From: an uncultured Bacilli bacterium
GTDB taxonomy: Bacteria; Bacillota_I; Bacilli_A; RFN20; CAG-826
DNA length: 64,000 bases
Direction: 5' to 3'
Assembly: GCA_944349595.1 (NCBI GenBank)
Contig: CALVNF010000002.1
Coordinates: forward strand, 175,468-239,467
Below, one piece after another: positions 11,194-22,055 of this stretch. Numbering within the stretch: position 1 is the stretch's first letter; each line of letters begins with the position of its first letter. Position numbers and translations under genes: made by a program. Under the pieces are notes generated by a model. That model was not told the origin of the DNA. It searched no databases and was given only the letters and a program-made list of their open reading frames with translations.

Positions 11194-12147
11194 ATGAAAA
11201 TAGGAATCTTAACTTCGGGTGGCGATGCCCCAGGAATGAATGCTGCAATTAGAGCGGTAACTTTTGCTGCAATTAACAAAGGTTTTGAAGTTTTTGCCAT
11301 ATATGATGGCTATAAAGGTATGGTGAATGGAAACATCAAAAAATTAACAAAAAATGATGTTGATGAAATAATTAATCGCGGCGGAACTATTATTAGATCT
11401 GCTAGATTACCAGAATTTAAAGAATTAGAAGTTAGAAAAAAAGCCGTTGAGCAACTTAAAAAACACGATATTGACGCAATTGTTGTTATCGGTGGTGATG
11501 GTTCATACATGGGAGCTAAAAAGCTTGAAGAACTTGGAATTAAGTGCGTCGGCTTACCAGGAACTATTGATAATGACATTTCTAGCACTGATTTTACAAT
11601 TGGTTTTGATACTTCATTAAATACAATTGTTGAAGAAATTGAAAAAATTAAAGATACTGGAAGAAGTCATTCACGTTGCATGCTAGTTGAAGTTATGGGT
11701 AATCATTGTGATGATTTGGCTTTATATAGTGCAATTGCAACTGGTGCTGATTTAGTAATTTCAAAAAATCATATGATATCTAATGAAGATACCGTAAAAA
11801 GATTAAACAAAATGAAAGAAAATGGTCAAATATTTTCTTTAGTTGTTGTTGCTGAAAAAACAATAGATACAAATAAATTATTACAAGATATTCAAGAAAA
11901 TACCGATTGGGACGCAAGATTAACAATTCTTGGTCATACTCAAAGAGGTGGCATTCCTTCTGCAATGGAAAAAGTTTTAGCAACAAAAATGGGATATTAT
12001 GCTGTTAAACTTTTATCTCAAAATATTACCGGAGTCTGCGTTGGAATAAAAGAAAACAAGATTGTTTATGAAGATATTCTTGATGCATTAAAAAAGGAAA
12101 CATTAGTTTCTAATGAATTAGTTGAAGTTATTGATAATTTAAATTAA
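11194..12147 (+). CDS. pfkA: ATP-dependent 6-phosphofructokinase
   Basis: MKIGILTSGGDAPGMNAAIRAV..., GGDGS and the TILGHTQRGG motifs. It is the first gene of the classical pfkA-pyk operon. Confidence 0.9.
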   Translation: MKIGILTSGGDAPGMNAAIRAVTFAAINKGFEVFAIYDGYKGMVNGNIKKLTKNDVDEIINRGGTIIRSARLPEFKELEVRKKAVEQLKKHDIDAIVVIGGDGSYMGAKKLEELGIKCVGLPGTIDNDISSTDFTIGFDTSLNTIVEEIEKIKDTGRSHSRCMLVEVMGNHCDDLALYSAIATGADLVISKNHMISNEDTVKRLNKMKENGQIFSLVVVAEKTIDTNKLLQDIQENTDWDARLTILGHTQRGGIPSAMEKVLATKMGYYAVKLLSQNITGVCVGIKENKIVYEDILDALKKETLVSNELVEVIDNLN

Positions 12148-12159
12148 GGGGATGATATT

Positions 12160-13614
12160 ATGTATAACATCACAAGAAATACTAAAATTGTTTGTACGAT
12201 CGGACCTGCAAGTGACAATAAAGAAACACTTAAAAAATTAATTAAAGCAGGCATGTCTGTTATGAGAATTAATTTTTCTCACGGTGATTATGCCGAACAC
12301 CAAAAGAAAATTGATTTAATTAGAGAAATTGAAAAAGAAGAAAATATTTGTGTCCCAATTATGTTAGATACAAAGGGACCAGAAATTAGAACCGGAAAAT
12401 TTGTAAATGGATTAGCCACAATTAAAGATAAATCAATTGTTAGAATTTTAATGAAAGAATGTTTAGGTGATGAAACTAAATTTTCTGTCACATTTACTGA
12501 TTTATATGATGATGTTGACATCGGAAATATAATTAAATTAGATGATGGAAAATTAGAGTTAAAAGTAATTGATAAAGATTCAGAAAAACGAGAATTAATT
12601 ACACAAGCTTTAAACACTCATACTATTAAAGATAAAAGAGGAGTTAATATCCCTGGAGTTCATTTATCTTTACCATTTATTTCTGAAAAAGATAAGAACG
12701 ATTTAATTTTTGGCTGTAAAAATAATGTCGATTATATTTCTGCAAGTTTCATTAGATCACCTGAAGATATTAAGGCAATTAGAAAAATTTTAAAAGATAA
12801 TGGCAAAGAAAACATTAAAATCATTTCAAAAATTGAAAACCAAGAAGCATTAACTTGCCTTGATGAAATTGTCAAAGAATCTGATGGAATTATGGTTGCA
12901 AGAGGTGATTTAGGTGTTGAAGTCCAAGCTGAAGATGTCCCAATTATTCAAATTGATTTAATAAAAAAATGTAGAAATTTAGGAAAACCAGTCATTACTG
13001 CTACTCAAATGCTTGATTCAATGATTTCAAATCCAAATCCAACTAGAGCTGAAGTTAGTGATGTTGCTACTGCTGTTTCTGAATCAAGCGATGCTGTTAT
13101 GTTATCCGGCGAATCTGCAAATGGTCTTTATCCTGTTGAAGCTTGTTCAATGCAAGCAAAAATTGCTCATAAGATGGAAAAATATCTTGATTATGAAAAA
13201 TTAGCTCAAGAAGCATATGATACTTCAAATAAGGATAATAACGATGCTATCGCAAATTCAATTGCAAATACAGCTTTATTAATTGGAGCAAAATTAATTG
13301 TATGTTTTACTGAAACTGGCCGTACTGCTTTTAGAATTTCAAAAGCAAGACCATGTTGTCCAATTATTGCTGTAACAAATAATAAAAATACTGCTGAAAA
13401 TTTGGGTGTTTATTGGGGTGTTTTTGCAAGCTATATCCCAACAAAAATTATGCCAGATTTTATTGAAGAGATGGAAGTTATCGCTCTTTCAAATGCAATG
13501 AAATATGGCCTAAAACCTGGTTCAACAATTATTGTTGCTGGTGGTACACCAACTGGAAGTGGAAATACCAATTTCATGAGAATTGTATATGTTCCTGAAT
13601 TAAAGGATATTTAA
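12160..13614 (+). CDS. pyk: Pyruvate kinase
   Basis: 484 aa. TKIVCTIGPAS, MVARGDLGVE, and the C-terminal regulatory domain. Confidence 0.9.
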   Translation: MYNITRNTKIVCTIGPASDNKETLKKLIKAGMSVMRINFSHGDYAEHQKKIDLIREIEKEENICVPIMLDTKGPEIRTGKFVNGLATIKDKSIVRILMKECLGDETKFSVTFTDLYDDVDIGNIIKLDDGKLELKVIDKDSEKRELITQALNTHTIKDKRGVNIPGVHLSLPFISEKDKNDLIFGCKNNVDYISASFIRSPEDIKAIRKILKDNGKENIKIISKIENQEALTCLDEIVKESDGIMVARGDLGVEVQAEDVPIIQIDLIKKCRNLGKPVITATQMLDSMISNPNPTRAEVSDVATAVSESSDAVMLSGESANGLYPVEACSMQAKIAHKMEKYLDYEKLAQEAYDTSNKDNNDAIANSIANTALLIGAKLIVCFTETGRTAFRISKARPCCPIIAVTNNKNTAENLGVYWGVFASYIPTKIMPDFIEEMEVIALSNAMKYGLKPGSTIIVAGGTPTGSGNTNFMRIVYVPELKDI

Positions 13615-13615
13615 T

Positions 13616-14452
13616 ATGAAAAATGCTATTTGTTTAGATATTGGAGGAACTAATCTTCGTTGTGCTTTAATTAACGAAAATTATGAAGTTGAAAAAGTTT
13701 TAATCAAACAAACTCAAGTTGGATCTCGTGATGTATTTTTAAGCGAAGTTGAAAACATTATTAAAGAAATATCACCAAATGAAAACACTGTTGGAATCGC
13801 AATGGGAGTTCCAGGTCCAGTTAATTTTAAAGGTTATGTAAGCGAACTTCCAAATGTTGGAATTAAAGATCTTCCACTTGCAGAATATATTAATTCTAAA
13901 CTCCACTTACCTACCATTGTTTTAAATGATGCTCAAGTTGCGGCTTTAGGAGAAGGTTGTATCGGTGCTGGAAAAGGTTATAAATCAACATTTTTTATAA
14001 CTATTTCAACTGGTGTTGGTGGTGCTTTAGTAAAAGATGGAAAAATTGTCATTCCTGATGATGAAATCGGCCATACTAATATTAAATACAAACATAAATA
14101 TTACGAATTTGAAAAATTAAATTCTGGAAATGGCTTATTGAATTTATGTAAATTAAATAAATTAAATGTTCAAAATGCTCAAGAATTTTTCTTACTTAAA
14201 TCTCAAAATGATAAAAATGCATTAAAGGTATATAAGTTATGGTTAAATAATTTAACTTATTTAATTCAATTTATTAAAAAATATTTTCAAGTTGATGTAA
14301 TTGTTATTTCAGGTGGAGTTATTAAATCTCAAGAGTACTTCTTTGAAGATTTAAAAAACATGAATAACAACGTTAAATTATTTTTAGCAAAATTCCGTCA
14401 ACAAGCTGGATTAATTGGAGCCGCTTACGCTTGCTTTAATTATATAAAATAA
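13616..14452 (+). CDS. ROK-family sugar kinase, probable glucokinase
   Basis: CLDIGGTNLRCAL and ROK glycine-rich motifs. It is operonic with pfkA-pyk. Confidence 0.7.
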   Translation: MKNAICLDIGGTNLRCALINENYEVEKVLIKQTQVGSRDVFLSEVENIIKEISPNENTVGIAMGVPGPVNFKGYVSELPNVGIKDLPLAEYINSKLHLPTIVLNDAQVAALGEGCIGAGKGYKSTFFITISTGVGGALVKDGKIVIPDDEIGHTNIKYKHKYYEFEKLNSGNGLLNLCKLNKLNVQNAQEFFLLKSQNDKNALKVYKLWLNNLTYLIQFIKKYFQVDVIVISGGVIKSQEYFFEDLKNMNNNVKLFLAKFRQQAGLIGAAYACFNYIK

Positions 14453-14465
14453 TATATTGATTATT

Positions 14466-14493
14466 TTTTATACTATATTATAATAATTGTGCG
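14466..14493 (+). promoter_or_regulatory. Sigma-A type promoter for thrS leader (TTGATT-N16-TATAAT)
   Basis: -35 TTGATT at 14466-14471 and -10 TATAAT at 14488-14493, upstream of the T-box leader. Confidence 0.45.
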
Positions 14494-14499
14494 TTGAAA

Positions 14500-14712
14500 A
14501 AGACATGATTATATATTGATTCAACACAGCGATTAAGAGTTTGGTGAAAGTCTTAAATGATAAATATATAATTACCACTTTGGAGCATCAAAAGTAATTT
14601 TGTCGTAACGCTTGCGTTAAAAGCATGATGAGAGCCAATAATTTTGTTGGAATTAAGGTGGTAACACGGAAAAAATTTCGCCCTTATGTAATATTACATA
14701 AGGGTTTTTATA
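14500..14712 (+). ncRNA. T-box riboswitch leader (threonine specifier ACC) with intrinsic terminator
   Basis: Conserved T-box sequence AATTAAGGTGGTAACACGG at 14651-14669. Terminator hairpin CCCTTATGTAAT/ATTACATAAGGG plus U-tract at 14681-14712. Candidate specifier ACC-A at 14574-14577. It lies immediately 5' of thrS. Confidence 0.7.
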
Positions 14713-14727
14713 TTTTGGAGGAAAATT

Positions 14728-16647
14728 ATGAAAGTATTTGTAAAAAATCAACCATTTGAATTTGAAAATCAAGTAAATGGTTTTCAAGTTGCAAAAAGCT
14801 TTGATCAAGAGCATCATAAAAACATAATTGCTTATAAGAAAAATAATCAATTATTTGATATGTCAACTTTATTGAATGATGGAGATGAAATTGAATTTAT
14901 TTATAAAGGCGATGATGATAAAGTTGCATTTGAAATATTAAATCACTCTACTTCTCATTTAATGGCTGAAGCAATTTTAAAATTATTCCCTGATGCAAAA
15001 TTAGGATTTGGTCCAGCAATTGATGAAGGATTTTATTATGATGTTGATTTTAATGACTATCAATTAAAAGAGGAAGATTTAGCTAAAATTGAATCTTTAA
15101 TGAAAAAATTAGCTAAAGAAAATAATAATTTCAAAAGACAAGTTGTTAGTAAGCAAGAAGCATTAGAAATATTTAAAAACGATCCATATAAAATTGAATT
15201 AATAAATGGAATCAATGATGAAATCACAATTTATACTCAAGGAAGTTTTACTGATTTATGTCATGGAATCCATTTACCAAACACATCTTATATTAGAAAC
15301 TTCAAACTTTTAAGTATCGCTGGTGCTTATTGGAGAGGCGATATCAAAAATAAACAATTAACAAGAATTTATGGTATTTCTTTTTATGAACAAGAAAATT
15401 TAAATAAATACTTATTAATGTTAGAAGAAAGAAAAAAGAGAGATCATCGTAAACTTGGAAAAGAATTAGGTTTATTTATGATTTCTGAATATGGACCAGG
15501 TTTTCCGTTCTGGCTTCCAAATGGCATGATTTTAAGAAGAGAATTGGAAAATTTCTGGTATGATTATCATCAAAAACACGGTTATGTTTTTTGTAAAACT
15601 CCAACAATGTTATCTAAAGAATTGTGGATAATTTCTGGCCACTGGGATAATTATAAAGATAATATGTACACTTCAACAATTGATGGAAAAGAATTTGCAA
15701 TTAAACCAATGAATTGTCCAGGTGGCATGTTAATTTATAAAAATTCTATCCACTCTTATAAAGATTTACCAATAAGACTTGGTGAATTAGGATTAGTTCA
15801 TAGACACGAAGCAAGCGGCGCTTTAAATGGTTTATTTAGAGTTCGTACATTTACTCAAGATGATGCTCATATTTTTATTAGAAAAGATCAATTGATTGAT
15901 GAAATTTCTAATTTATTAAAGATTTTTGATGATATTTATTCTGTTTTTGGTCTTGAATATCACATTGAATTATCAACAAGACCAGAAAAGAAATACATTG
16001 GAGATATTGAAATTTGGAATGAATCCGAAAAAATTCTTTCTGAAGCTTGTAAAAAATCAAATAAAAAATTCATTATTAATGAGGGTGATGGTGCTTTTTA
16101 TGGACCAAAACTTGACTTTAAATTAAAAGATTCAATGAATAGAATTTGGCAATGCGGTACAATTCAACTTGATATGAACTTACCAGAAAGATTTGATTTA
16201 ACTTATATTGATGAACATGGTGAAAAAGTAAGACCAATTATGCTCCATAGAGCCGTTTTAGGTTCAATTGAAAGATTTATTGGAATAATAACTGAAAACT
16301 TTGCTGGTGCATTCCCAACATGGTTAGCTCCAGTTCAAGTTAGTATCTTAACTGTTAATAACGAACACCACTTACAATATGCATTGAAGGTAAAAGAAGA
16401 ATTGGAAAAAGAAAATATTAGAGTTATACTAGATGATTCTAATGAAAAACTTGGATATAAATTAAGAAATTCACAAATTAAAAAAATACCTTACACTATT
16501 GTAATTGGCGACAATGAAAGAGATAATCAAAAAGTAACATATCGTGTTTATTCTCAAAAAGATGAAATTACAATTCCATTAAGCGAATTTGTAAATAAAG
16601 TTAAAGAAGATATTACATCAAAAAAATTACCAAAAGACAGAAAATAA
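14728..16647 (+). CDS. thrS: Threonyl-tRNA synthetase
   Basis: 639 aa. TGS, second-site editing domain and class II catalytic core, and anticodon-binding domain. A T-box leader lies upstream. Confidence 0.9.
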   Translation: MKVFVKNQPFEFENQVNGFQVAKSFDQEHHKNIIAYKKNNQLFDMSTLLNDGDEIEFIYKGDDDKVAFEILNHSTSHLMAEAILKLFPDAKLGFGPAIDEGFYYDVDFNDYQLKEEDLAKIESLMKKLAKENNNFKRQVVSKQEALEIFKNDPYKIELINGINDEITIYTQGSFTDLCHGIHLPNTSYIRNFKLLSIAGAYWRGDIKNKQLTRIYGISFYEQENLNKYLLMLEERKKRDHRKLGKELGLFMISEYGPGFPFWLPNGMILRRELENFWYDYHQKHGYVFCKTPTMLSKELWIISGHWDNYKDNMYTSTIDGKEFAIKPMNCPGGMLIYKNSIHSYKDLPIRLGELGLVHRHEASGALNGLFRVRTFTQDDAHIFIRKDQLIDEISNLLKIFDDIYSVFGLEYHIELSTRPEKKYIGDIEIWNESEKILSEACKKSNKKFIINEGDGAFYGPKLDFKLKDSMNRIWQCGTIQLDMNLPERFDLTYIDEHGEKVRPIMLHRAVLGSIERFIGIITENFAGAFPTWLAPVQVSILTVNNEHHLQYALKVKEELEKENIRVILDDSNEKLGYKLRNSQIKKIPYTIVIGDNERDNQKVTYRVYSQKDEITIPLSEFVNKVKEDITSKKLPKDRK

Positions 16648-16649
16648 TA

Positions 16650-16678
16650 TTGAATGTAAAAAATTTATCTATTATAAT
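16650..16678 (+). promoter_or_regulatory. Promoter for infC-rpmI-rplT (TTGAAT-N17-TATAAT)
   Basis: -35 TTGAAT at 16650-16655, a 17-nt spacer, and -10 TATAAT at 16673-16678, directly after the thrS stop. Confidence 0.5.
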
Positions 16679-16684
16679 ATTAAG

Positions 16685-16815
16685 CGTACATAAAGTAGAA
16701 AGTTTGAAGTACTCACTTCATCACCAGATTAATTAATATATTAATTGGTAGATAGCTACAAATTTATTCTTAATTTGTAATTTTTAGTGGGTATTAAAAA
16801 CACCCACTTTTTTAT
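16685..16815 (+). ncRNA. Candidate ribosomal protein L20 leader / attenuator upstream of infC
   Basis: Structured ~130-nt leader ending in the hairpin AGTGGGTATTAAAAACACCCAC plus TTTTTTA (16786-16814), just 5' of the infC SD. The Firmicutes infC operon is known to be attenuated by L20. Confidence 0.45.
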
Positions 16816-16828
16816 TAGGAGGAAAACG

Positions 16829-17386
16829 ATTATAGCCACGAATTTTAATAGCCAACAACGAAAACCAGATAAAAATAATGGTGATTTAGTCAATGAAGCA
16901 ATTAGATTTCCAGAAGTTCTTGTTATTGACTCAGATGGTACACAACTTGGTAAAATGACAAGAAGACAAGCTTTAGATAAAGCTTACGAGGAAGAATTAG
17001 ATTTATTATGTGTTGCACCAAAAGCAAACCCACCAGTTTGCAAAATAATTGATTATGGAAAATACAGATTCCAAAATCAAAAAAAAGCTAAAGAAGCAAA
17101 AAAGAAACAACATGTAATTGAAATTAAAGAAATTCAATTAACACCTCAAATCGGAATGCATGATTTAGAAATTAAAGCTAAAAAAGCAAAAGAATTTTTT
17201 GAGGAAGGTAATAAAGTTAGAGTTGTTGTAAGATTTCGTGGAAGACAACTTTCTCATACAGAAGTTGGCGAAGAAGTTCTTCAAAAATTTATTACTATCG
17301 TACAAGATTATTCACAAATTGAAAAACAACCAGTTTTAGAAGGTCGAAACCTAACTGTTGTTTTATCGGCTAAAAAATTAAAATAG
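16829..17386 (+). CDS. infC: Translation initiation factor IF-3, predicted AUU start codon
   Basis: SD AGGAGG at 16817-16822, a 6-nt spacer, then an in-frame ATT at 16829 (IIATNF...). IF-3 motifs follow (NEAIRFPEVLVIDSDG). No plausible in-frame ATG has an SD. The AUU start is the conserved autoregulatory feature of infC. Confidence 0.85.
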   Translation: MIATNFNSQQRKPDKNNGDLVNEAIRFPEVLVIDSDGTQLGKMTRRQALDKAYEEELDLLCVAPKANPPVCKIIDYGKYRFQNQKKAKEAKKKQHVIEIKEIQLTPQIGMHDLEIKAKKAKEFFEEGNKVRVVVRFRGRQLSHTEVGEEVLQKFITIVQDYSQIEKQPVLEGRNLTVVLSAKKLK

Positions 17387-17398
17387 GAGGAAGATTTT

Positions 17399-17590
17399 AT
17401 GCCAAAAATGAAAAGTAAAAGAGCTTTAATGAAAAGAATTAAAGTTACTGGAAGCGGTAAATTAAAAAGAGATTGTACAAAAAGAAGACATTTAGCTCCA
17501 AACAAAACTCATAAACAAAAAAGACATTTAAGAAAAGCTACTGTTGTATCAGCTAGCGATTACAAGAGAGTTAAATATCTTATTAAATAA
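17399..17590 (+). CDS. rpmI: 50S ribosomal protein L35
   Basis: [24 protein letters not shown]. Confidence 0.9.
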   Translation: MPKMKSKRALMKRIKVTGSGKLKRDCTKRRHLAPNKTHKQKRHLRKATVVSASDYKRVKYLIK

Positions 17591-17604
17591 GGAGGAAAAT
17601 TGAA

Positions 17605-17961
17605 ATGAGAGTAAAAGGCGGTTCTGTTACAAGACAAAGAAGAAAAAAGATAATTAAAGCTGCTTCTGGTTATTTTGGAAGTAAACATATTTTATTTAAA
17701 ACTGCTAAAGAACAAGTTTTAAGATCATTAAGATATTCTTATATCAATAGAAAACAATTAAAAAATGATTATAGAAAATTATGGATCAAAAGAATTAATG
17801 CAGCTTGCAGATTAAATAATATTTCATATTCAACATTTATGCACGGTTTAAAATTAGCTGAAGTAAATGTTAATAGAAAAATGTTAAGTGAAATTGCAAT
17901 TTCTGATCCAAAAGCATTTACTGAATTAGTAAAAGTTGCTGCAAAAGCTTTAAATAAATAA
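17605..17961 (+). CDS. rplT: 50S ribosomal protein L20
   Basis: [25 protein letters not shown]... Confidence 0.9.
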   Translation: MRVKGGSVTRQRRKKIIKAASGYFGSKHILFKTAKEQVLRSLRYSYINRKQLKNDYRKLWIKRINAACRLNNISYSTFMHGLKLAEVNVNRKMLSEIAISDPKAFTELVKVAAKALNK

Positions 17962-17984
17962 TATTAATTTATCATAGATTTATT

Positions 17985-18012
17985 AAAAAAATCCGAAATT
18001 ATTCGGATTTTT
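17985..18012. terminator. Bidirectional intrinsic terminator between rplT(+) and thiI(-)
   Basis: AAAAAAATCCGAAATTATTCGGATTTTTTT, a 7-bp stem flanked by an A-tract and a T-tract. Confidence 0.7.
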
Positions 18013-18017
18013 TTCTT

Positions 18018-19205
18018 TTAAATATTCAATTCACTTTTTTTGATAATTATTGTATTAATATTCTCTACTGCTTCTTTTATTAAAGTTTCATAATCAGCTT
18101 TTGCTTCATATTTTAATACCTCTTCTAATTTAGGAGCAGTTTTAGGATTTTTAGGTTTAAAAATTGTACAACAATCTTCATAAGGTCTTATTGAAATTTC
18201 ATACGTTTTAATTTTTTTAGCAATTTCAATAATATCTTGTTTATCAACAACACTTAATGGTCTTAAAATTGTCAAATTAATTCCATCAGTAATTGTATTC
18301 ATAGATTCTAAAGTTTGGGAAGCAACTTGACCAATTGACTCTCCTGTGCAAATTGCTTTCGCATGAATTTTATCAGCAACAATTTTAGAAATTTTAAACA
18401 TCATTCTTCTTAAAATAGTTATTGCATAAGATACATCCGTATTTTTATAAATAGTTTCTTGAATTTTTGTAAATGGTACAATATGTAAATAAATTTTGTC
18501 TTGATATATATTTAAAATATCTAACAATTCTTTAATTTTGTCAATAACGCCTTCTTGAGTATATGGAGGAGAGGCGAAATGTATAAAATCAAGCTTTAAT
18601 CCTCTTTTCATTAATAAAAAAGATGCAACTGGAGAATCAATTCCGCCACTTAATAACATCAATGCATTTCCCAGGCTTCCTAAAGGGTAACCTCCGCTTC
18701 CTCGAATTGAATTAAAATAAACAACTATTCCATCCTGGTGAACTTCAATATTAATAAATAAACCTGGATTATGAACATCAACTTTAAATAAATCTTGTTT
18801 TAAAATTTTCGTTGCAATTATTTTAATAATATCAATTGAGTGCATTGGAAATCGTTTATCAGATCTTTTACAATTAACTTTAAAAGTTTTAACTTTATCT
18901 TTAACTTTTAAAATATAATCAAGACAAAAATCCGATAATTTGTCAATATCTGCATCTAACTTATATACTATTGAAAAAGAATGAATACCTGAAATATTTT
19001 TTAAAATTTCAATAATTTCATTGATATTGGAATTATCATCTAGATTAATGTAACTATGATCGTGAGTATGATATAAATCGTTAATATTAATTAAATTACC
19101 TAATGAATGTCGAATATTTTTTTCTAACATTCTAACAAAATCAATTTTATTTTTACCTTTAGTATTTAATTCACCATATCTAATCATTATTTGTTTTTTT
19201 ATCAT
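18018..19205 (-). CDS. thiI: tRNA 4-thiouridine(8) synthase ThiI
   Basis: THUMP domain plus the PP-loop SGGIDSPVA. 395 aa. Confidence 0.85.
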   Translation of the reverse strand: MIKKQIMIRYGELNTKGKNKIDFVRMLEKNIRHSLGNLININDLYHTHDHSYINLDDNSNINEIIEILKNISGIHSFSIVYKLDADIDKLSDFCLDYILKVKDKVKTFKVNCKRSDKRFPMHSIDIIKIIATKILKQDLFKVDVHNPGLFINIEVHQDGIVVYFNSIRGSGGYPLGSLGNALMLLSGGIDSPVASFLLMKRGLKLDFIHFASPPYTQEGVIDKIKELLDILNIYQDKIYLHIVPFTKIQETIYKNTDVSYAITILRRMMFKISKIVADKIHAKAICTGESIGQVASQTLESMNTITDGINLTILRPLSVVDKQDIIEIAKKIKTYEISIRPYEDCCTIFKPKNPKTAPKLEEVLKYEAKADYETLIKEAVENINTIIIKKSELNI

Positions 19206-19206
19206 A

Positions 19207-20346
19207 TTAAAAGCCTCTTTTTTCTAATTTTAATATTCCTTCAATTAAATTTTTAATAAATATATCAACTTCTTCTTTTGTATTTTCATAAGAGAAAGAA
19301 ACTCTAATTGTATTTTTTGCTAAATTCATATCATCATATTTATTTAATATAACATATGAAAATGATTCATTTTTTGAATTACAAGCCGATGTTGAAGAAA
19401 CATATATCTCTTTATTTGATAAATATTCTAAAACTACACTTGCTTTGACTGTTTTTAATGAAAAATTTAATATAAAATAATTGCAATTTTTAATATCTGT
19501 ATTAATTTGTATCAAATCTTTATAACTTTCTAATTGCTTTATTGTATAGTTAAATAAATTAATTATATCTTCAGAATTATTATTATATTTATCAATCGAA
19601 AGACACATTGCCTTATAAAATGACGCAATTAAAGGAATATCAACGGTCCCACTTCTAAGTCCGTATTCTTGTCCTCCACCTAAAAGAATTTCATTTAATG
19701 TAATATTATTTTTTATTATTAAAGCTGCAATTGATTTTAATCCGTGTATTTTATGACTTGAAATTGTAAACATATCACAATAATTTAGCAAATTTAAATC
19801 AGTTTTTAAAAAACTTTGAGCCATATCACAGTGAAACACAATTTTATATTTATTTAAAACTTCGTAGACTTCTTTTATATTTAAAATTTCTCCTGTTTCA
19901 TTGTTAACGCACATTAATGAACAAAAAATTGTATTAGATTTTATACTTGACAATAATTCATTTATGTCAATTTTCCCATCTATTTTATTTTTTAAATAAG
20001 TAACCTCAAACCCATTTTTTTCTAAATATTTAAAAACTTCAAGAACTGATTTATGTTCGTTTAAACTTGTGATTATATGATATTTATTTTTTTCTTTATT
20101 TTTTAAATATCCAAAAGTTGCTAAGTTGTTTGATTCTGTAGCTGAGCTTGTAAAAATAATTTTATAATTATTTAATTTTAATTTATTTAATATTTCTTTT
20201 TTAATTCTTTCTTCCAAAAATAAATTATTTTTTCCCGTTTTATAAATTGAAGATGGATTAAAAAAATTATTCTCAGCGTATTTGCAGTATGTTTCTAAAA
20301 CCTCTTTATAAGGTTTACATGTTGAGGCGTTATCTAAATAAATCAT
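19207..20346 (-). CDS. Cysteine desulfurase (NifS/NifZ-like class V aminotransferase)
   Basis: PLP-lysine motif SSHKIHG and active-site Cys in SSTSACNS. It sits next to thiI, as nifZ-thiI does in Bacillus. Confidence 0.8.
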   Translation of the reverse strand: MIYLDNASTCKPYKEVLETYCKYAENNFFNPSSIYKTGKNNLFLEERIKKEILNKLKLNNYKIIFTSSATESNNLATFGYLKNKEKNKYHIITSLNEHKSVLEVFKYLEKNGFEVTYLKNKIDGKIDINELLSSIKSNTIFCSLMCVNNETGEILNIKEVYEVLNKYKIVFHCDMAQSFLKTDLNLLNYCDMFTISSHKIHGLKSIAALIIKNNITLNEILLGGGQEYGLRSGTVDIPLIASFYKAMCLSIDKYNNNSEDIINLFNYTIKQLESYKDLIQINTDIKNCNYFILNFSLKTVKASVVLEYLSNKEIYVSSTSACNSKNESFSYVILNKYDDMNLAKNTIRVSFSYENTKEEVDIFIKNLIEGILKLEKRGF

Positions 20347-20348
20347 TT

Positions 20349-22055
20349 TTAAAATAAATCTTTTTTAGATGAATAAATACTTGAAAGAATTTTATAAGCG
20401 TCGCTATATAATGCTTTTTGATATAATTCTTCAGCGGTATTTAATTCAGCATTTACATCGCTAAAACCATCTCTAATTTTATTTAAAACTAACATCATTT
20501 TATCACATTCATTAATTAAGTTTTTAATATCATTAATTTCCTTAAATAGCGATTCTTCCAAGGTTTTAAATTCTAATAAATCTCTATTTAAATCAGTAAC
20601 ATTGATTGGTTCTTTTTTTAAAATCAAAGCCATATTATTTAATAATTCAAAACATCTATCAAACCTTGAAATATAATTTTCTCTGTTATTTACACTTAAT
20701 TTATAAAATTCTGATTTTTTTGCTTTTAAGTTAATGAATTCAACTTTTATTAATGCAAAAACTTTATCACAATCATTTTTTAGTGATAAAACATATTTTT
20801 CAAAAGAATTTATTAAATCATTTGTATCTTTTATAGCACTATCTAAAGTCTTTAACCTATCGCTTATTATAGAATATGGCTGTCTATTTGTTGATAGTGT
20901 GGATAAATCAAGAGAAGTTTTTGCACTAGAAAAAATTCTTTCTTTTTCTTGAAGTAATTCCAAAATATGTGCATATTCATCATTAAAGATGTATATTTTT
21001 TGATAATTTGGAATTCTATTATAAACAGAAATAATTTTATCTGATAAATCTTTGAAACTTTTAATAACTAAATTGAAGTTTTGATCACAATAATCTTTTG
21101 CTTCTTTTTCTTTAGAAAGAGAAACGTTTAAAGAATTAAAATCTTCCCTTAATGAATTTATTAAAGAAACGGCGGTATCAATTTTTAGTTGAGAAATATT
21201 TAATGAAATTTCATCAACTTTATCTTTTAAATTTTTGAGCTTTTTCTTTGGATTTATATTATATAAAGGAATTTTTAAGGCTTCCATTTCTGAAATTTCT
21301 TTTTTTAAGAATTCAACTTTATTTGGATATTCTTCATTTATAACTAAACATAAATCTGGAAGAATATCTACTGCTTTATCGAGCTCACTAATTACTTTTG
21401 ATAAACTTGGTAGTAATTTTAAAGCATCATCATATTGAGCACTATCAATAAAAGAATCAAATTTTTCAAACCTTTGATCAATTTTATCAAATAAAACATC
21501 TATAGTTTGGCTTGCAATATCAAATAAAGTTCTGTTTTGAATATATTTTTTTCTTACAATGCTTTCCTTTTCCTTAATTTTAAAAGCATCGTTTCTTGCA
21601 TCTTCTTCGGGTTTAATAATAGATAATAGTTTTTCTCTTAAAGCAGAAACTTTTGAAATATATTCTTCAACTACTTTGCTAGAATTTTGATAGACAAGTT
21701 TAAAACCTTTTTTTCTTTTATTAAGAATATAATCATCTAAATTTTCAACTGCTTTTTGAGCTTTTTTATCATCAGATTGATATATTTCTAAATAAGTTTT
21801 TAAATTTTCAGCATGTATTTGAGAATATAATAAATTTGAATGAGAAATGATTTCTAATCTTTGTAAAATTTGATTACATTCGCCAAGTAATAAACCATTA
21901 AAATATTCATAACGGGTATCCAAATCTTTAATTTTTTTTGCTTTAATTCTTTCTGCAAAAACAAAAACATACAGTAAAAGTCCACAAATTACCAAAAATG
22001 CTATAATTCCAATAACAATACCTATAATACCGCCAATACTTAACAAAAATTTCAT
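20349..22055 (-). CDS. ezrA: Septation ring formation regulator EzrA-like (N-terminal TM + long coiled-coil)
   Basis: 568 aa. Single N-terminal TM helix, then a coiled-coil-rich body. Its position relative to nifZ-thiI and rpsD matches the B. subtilis ezrA locus. Confidence 0.6.
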   Translation of the reverse strand: MKFLLSIGGIIGIVIGIIAFLVICGLLLYVFVFAERIKAKKIKDLDTRYEYFNGLLLGECNQILQRLEIISHSNLLYSQIHAENLKTYLEIYQSDDKKAQKAVENLDDYILNKRKKGFKLVYQNSSKVVEEYISKVSALREKLLSIIKPEEDARNDAFKIKEKESIVRKKYIQNRTLFDIASQTIDVLFDKIDQRFEKFDSFIDSAQYDDALKLLPSLSKVISELDKAVDILPDLCLVINEEYPNKVEFLKKEISEMEALKIPLYNINPKKKLKNLKDKVDEISLNISQLKIDTAVSLINSLREDFNSLNVSLSKEKEAKDYCDQNFNLVIKSFKDLSDKIISVYNRIPNYQKIYIFNDEYAHILELLQEKERIFSSAKTSLDLSTLSTNRQPYSIISDRLKTLDSAIKDTNDLINSFEKYVLSLKNDCDKVFALIKVEFINLKAKKSEFYKLSVNNRENYISRFDRCFELLNNMALILKKEPINVTDLNRDLLEFKTLEESLFKEINDIKNLINECDKMMLVLNKIRDGFSDVNAELNTAEELYQKALYSDAYKILSSIYSSKKDLF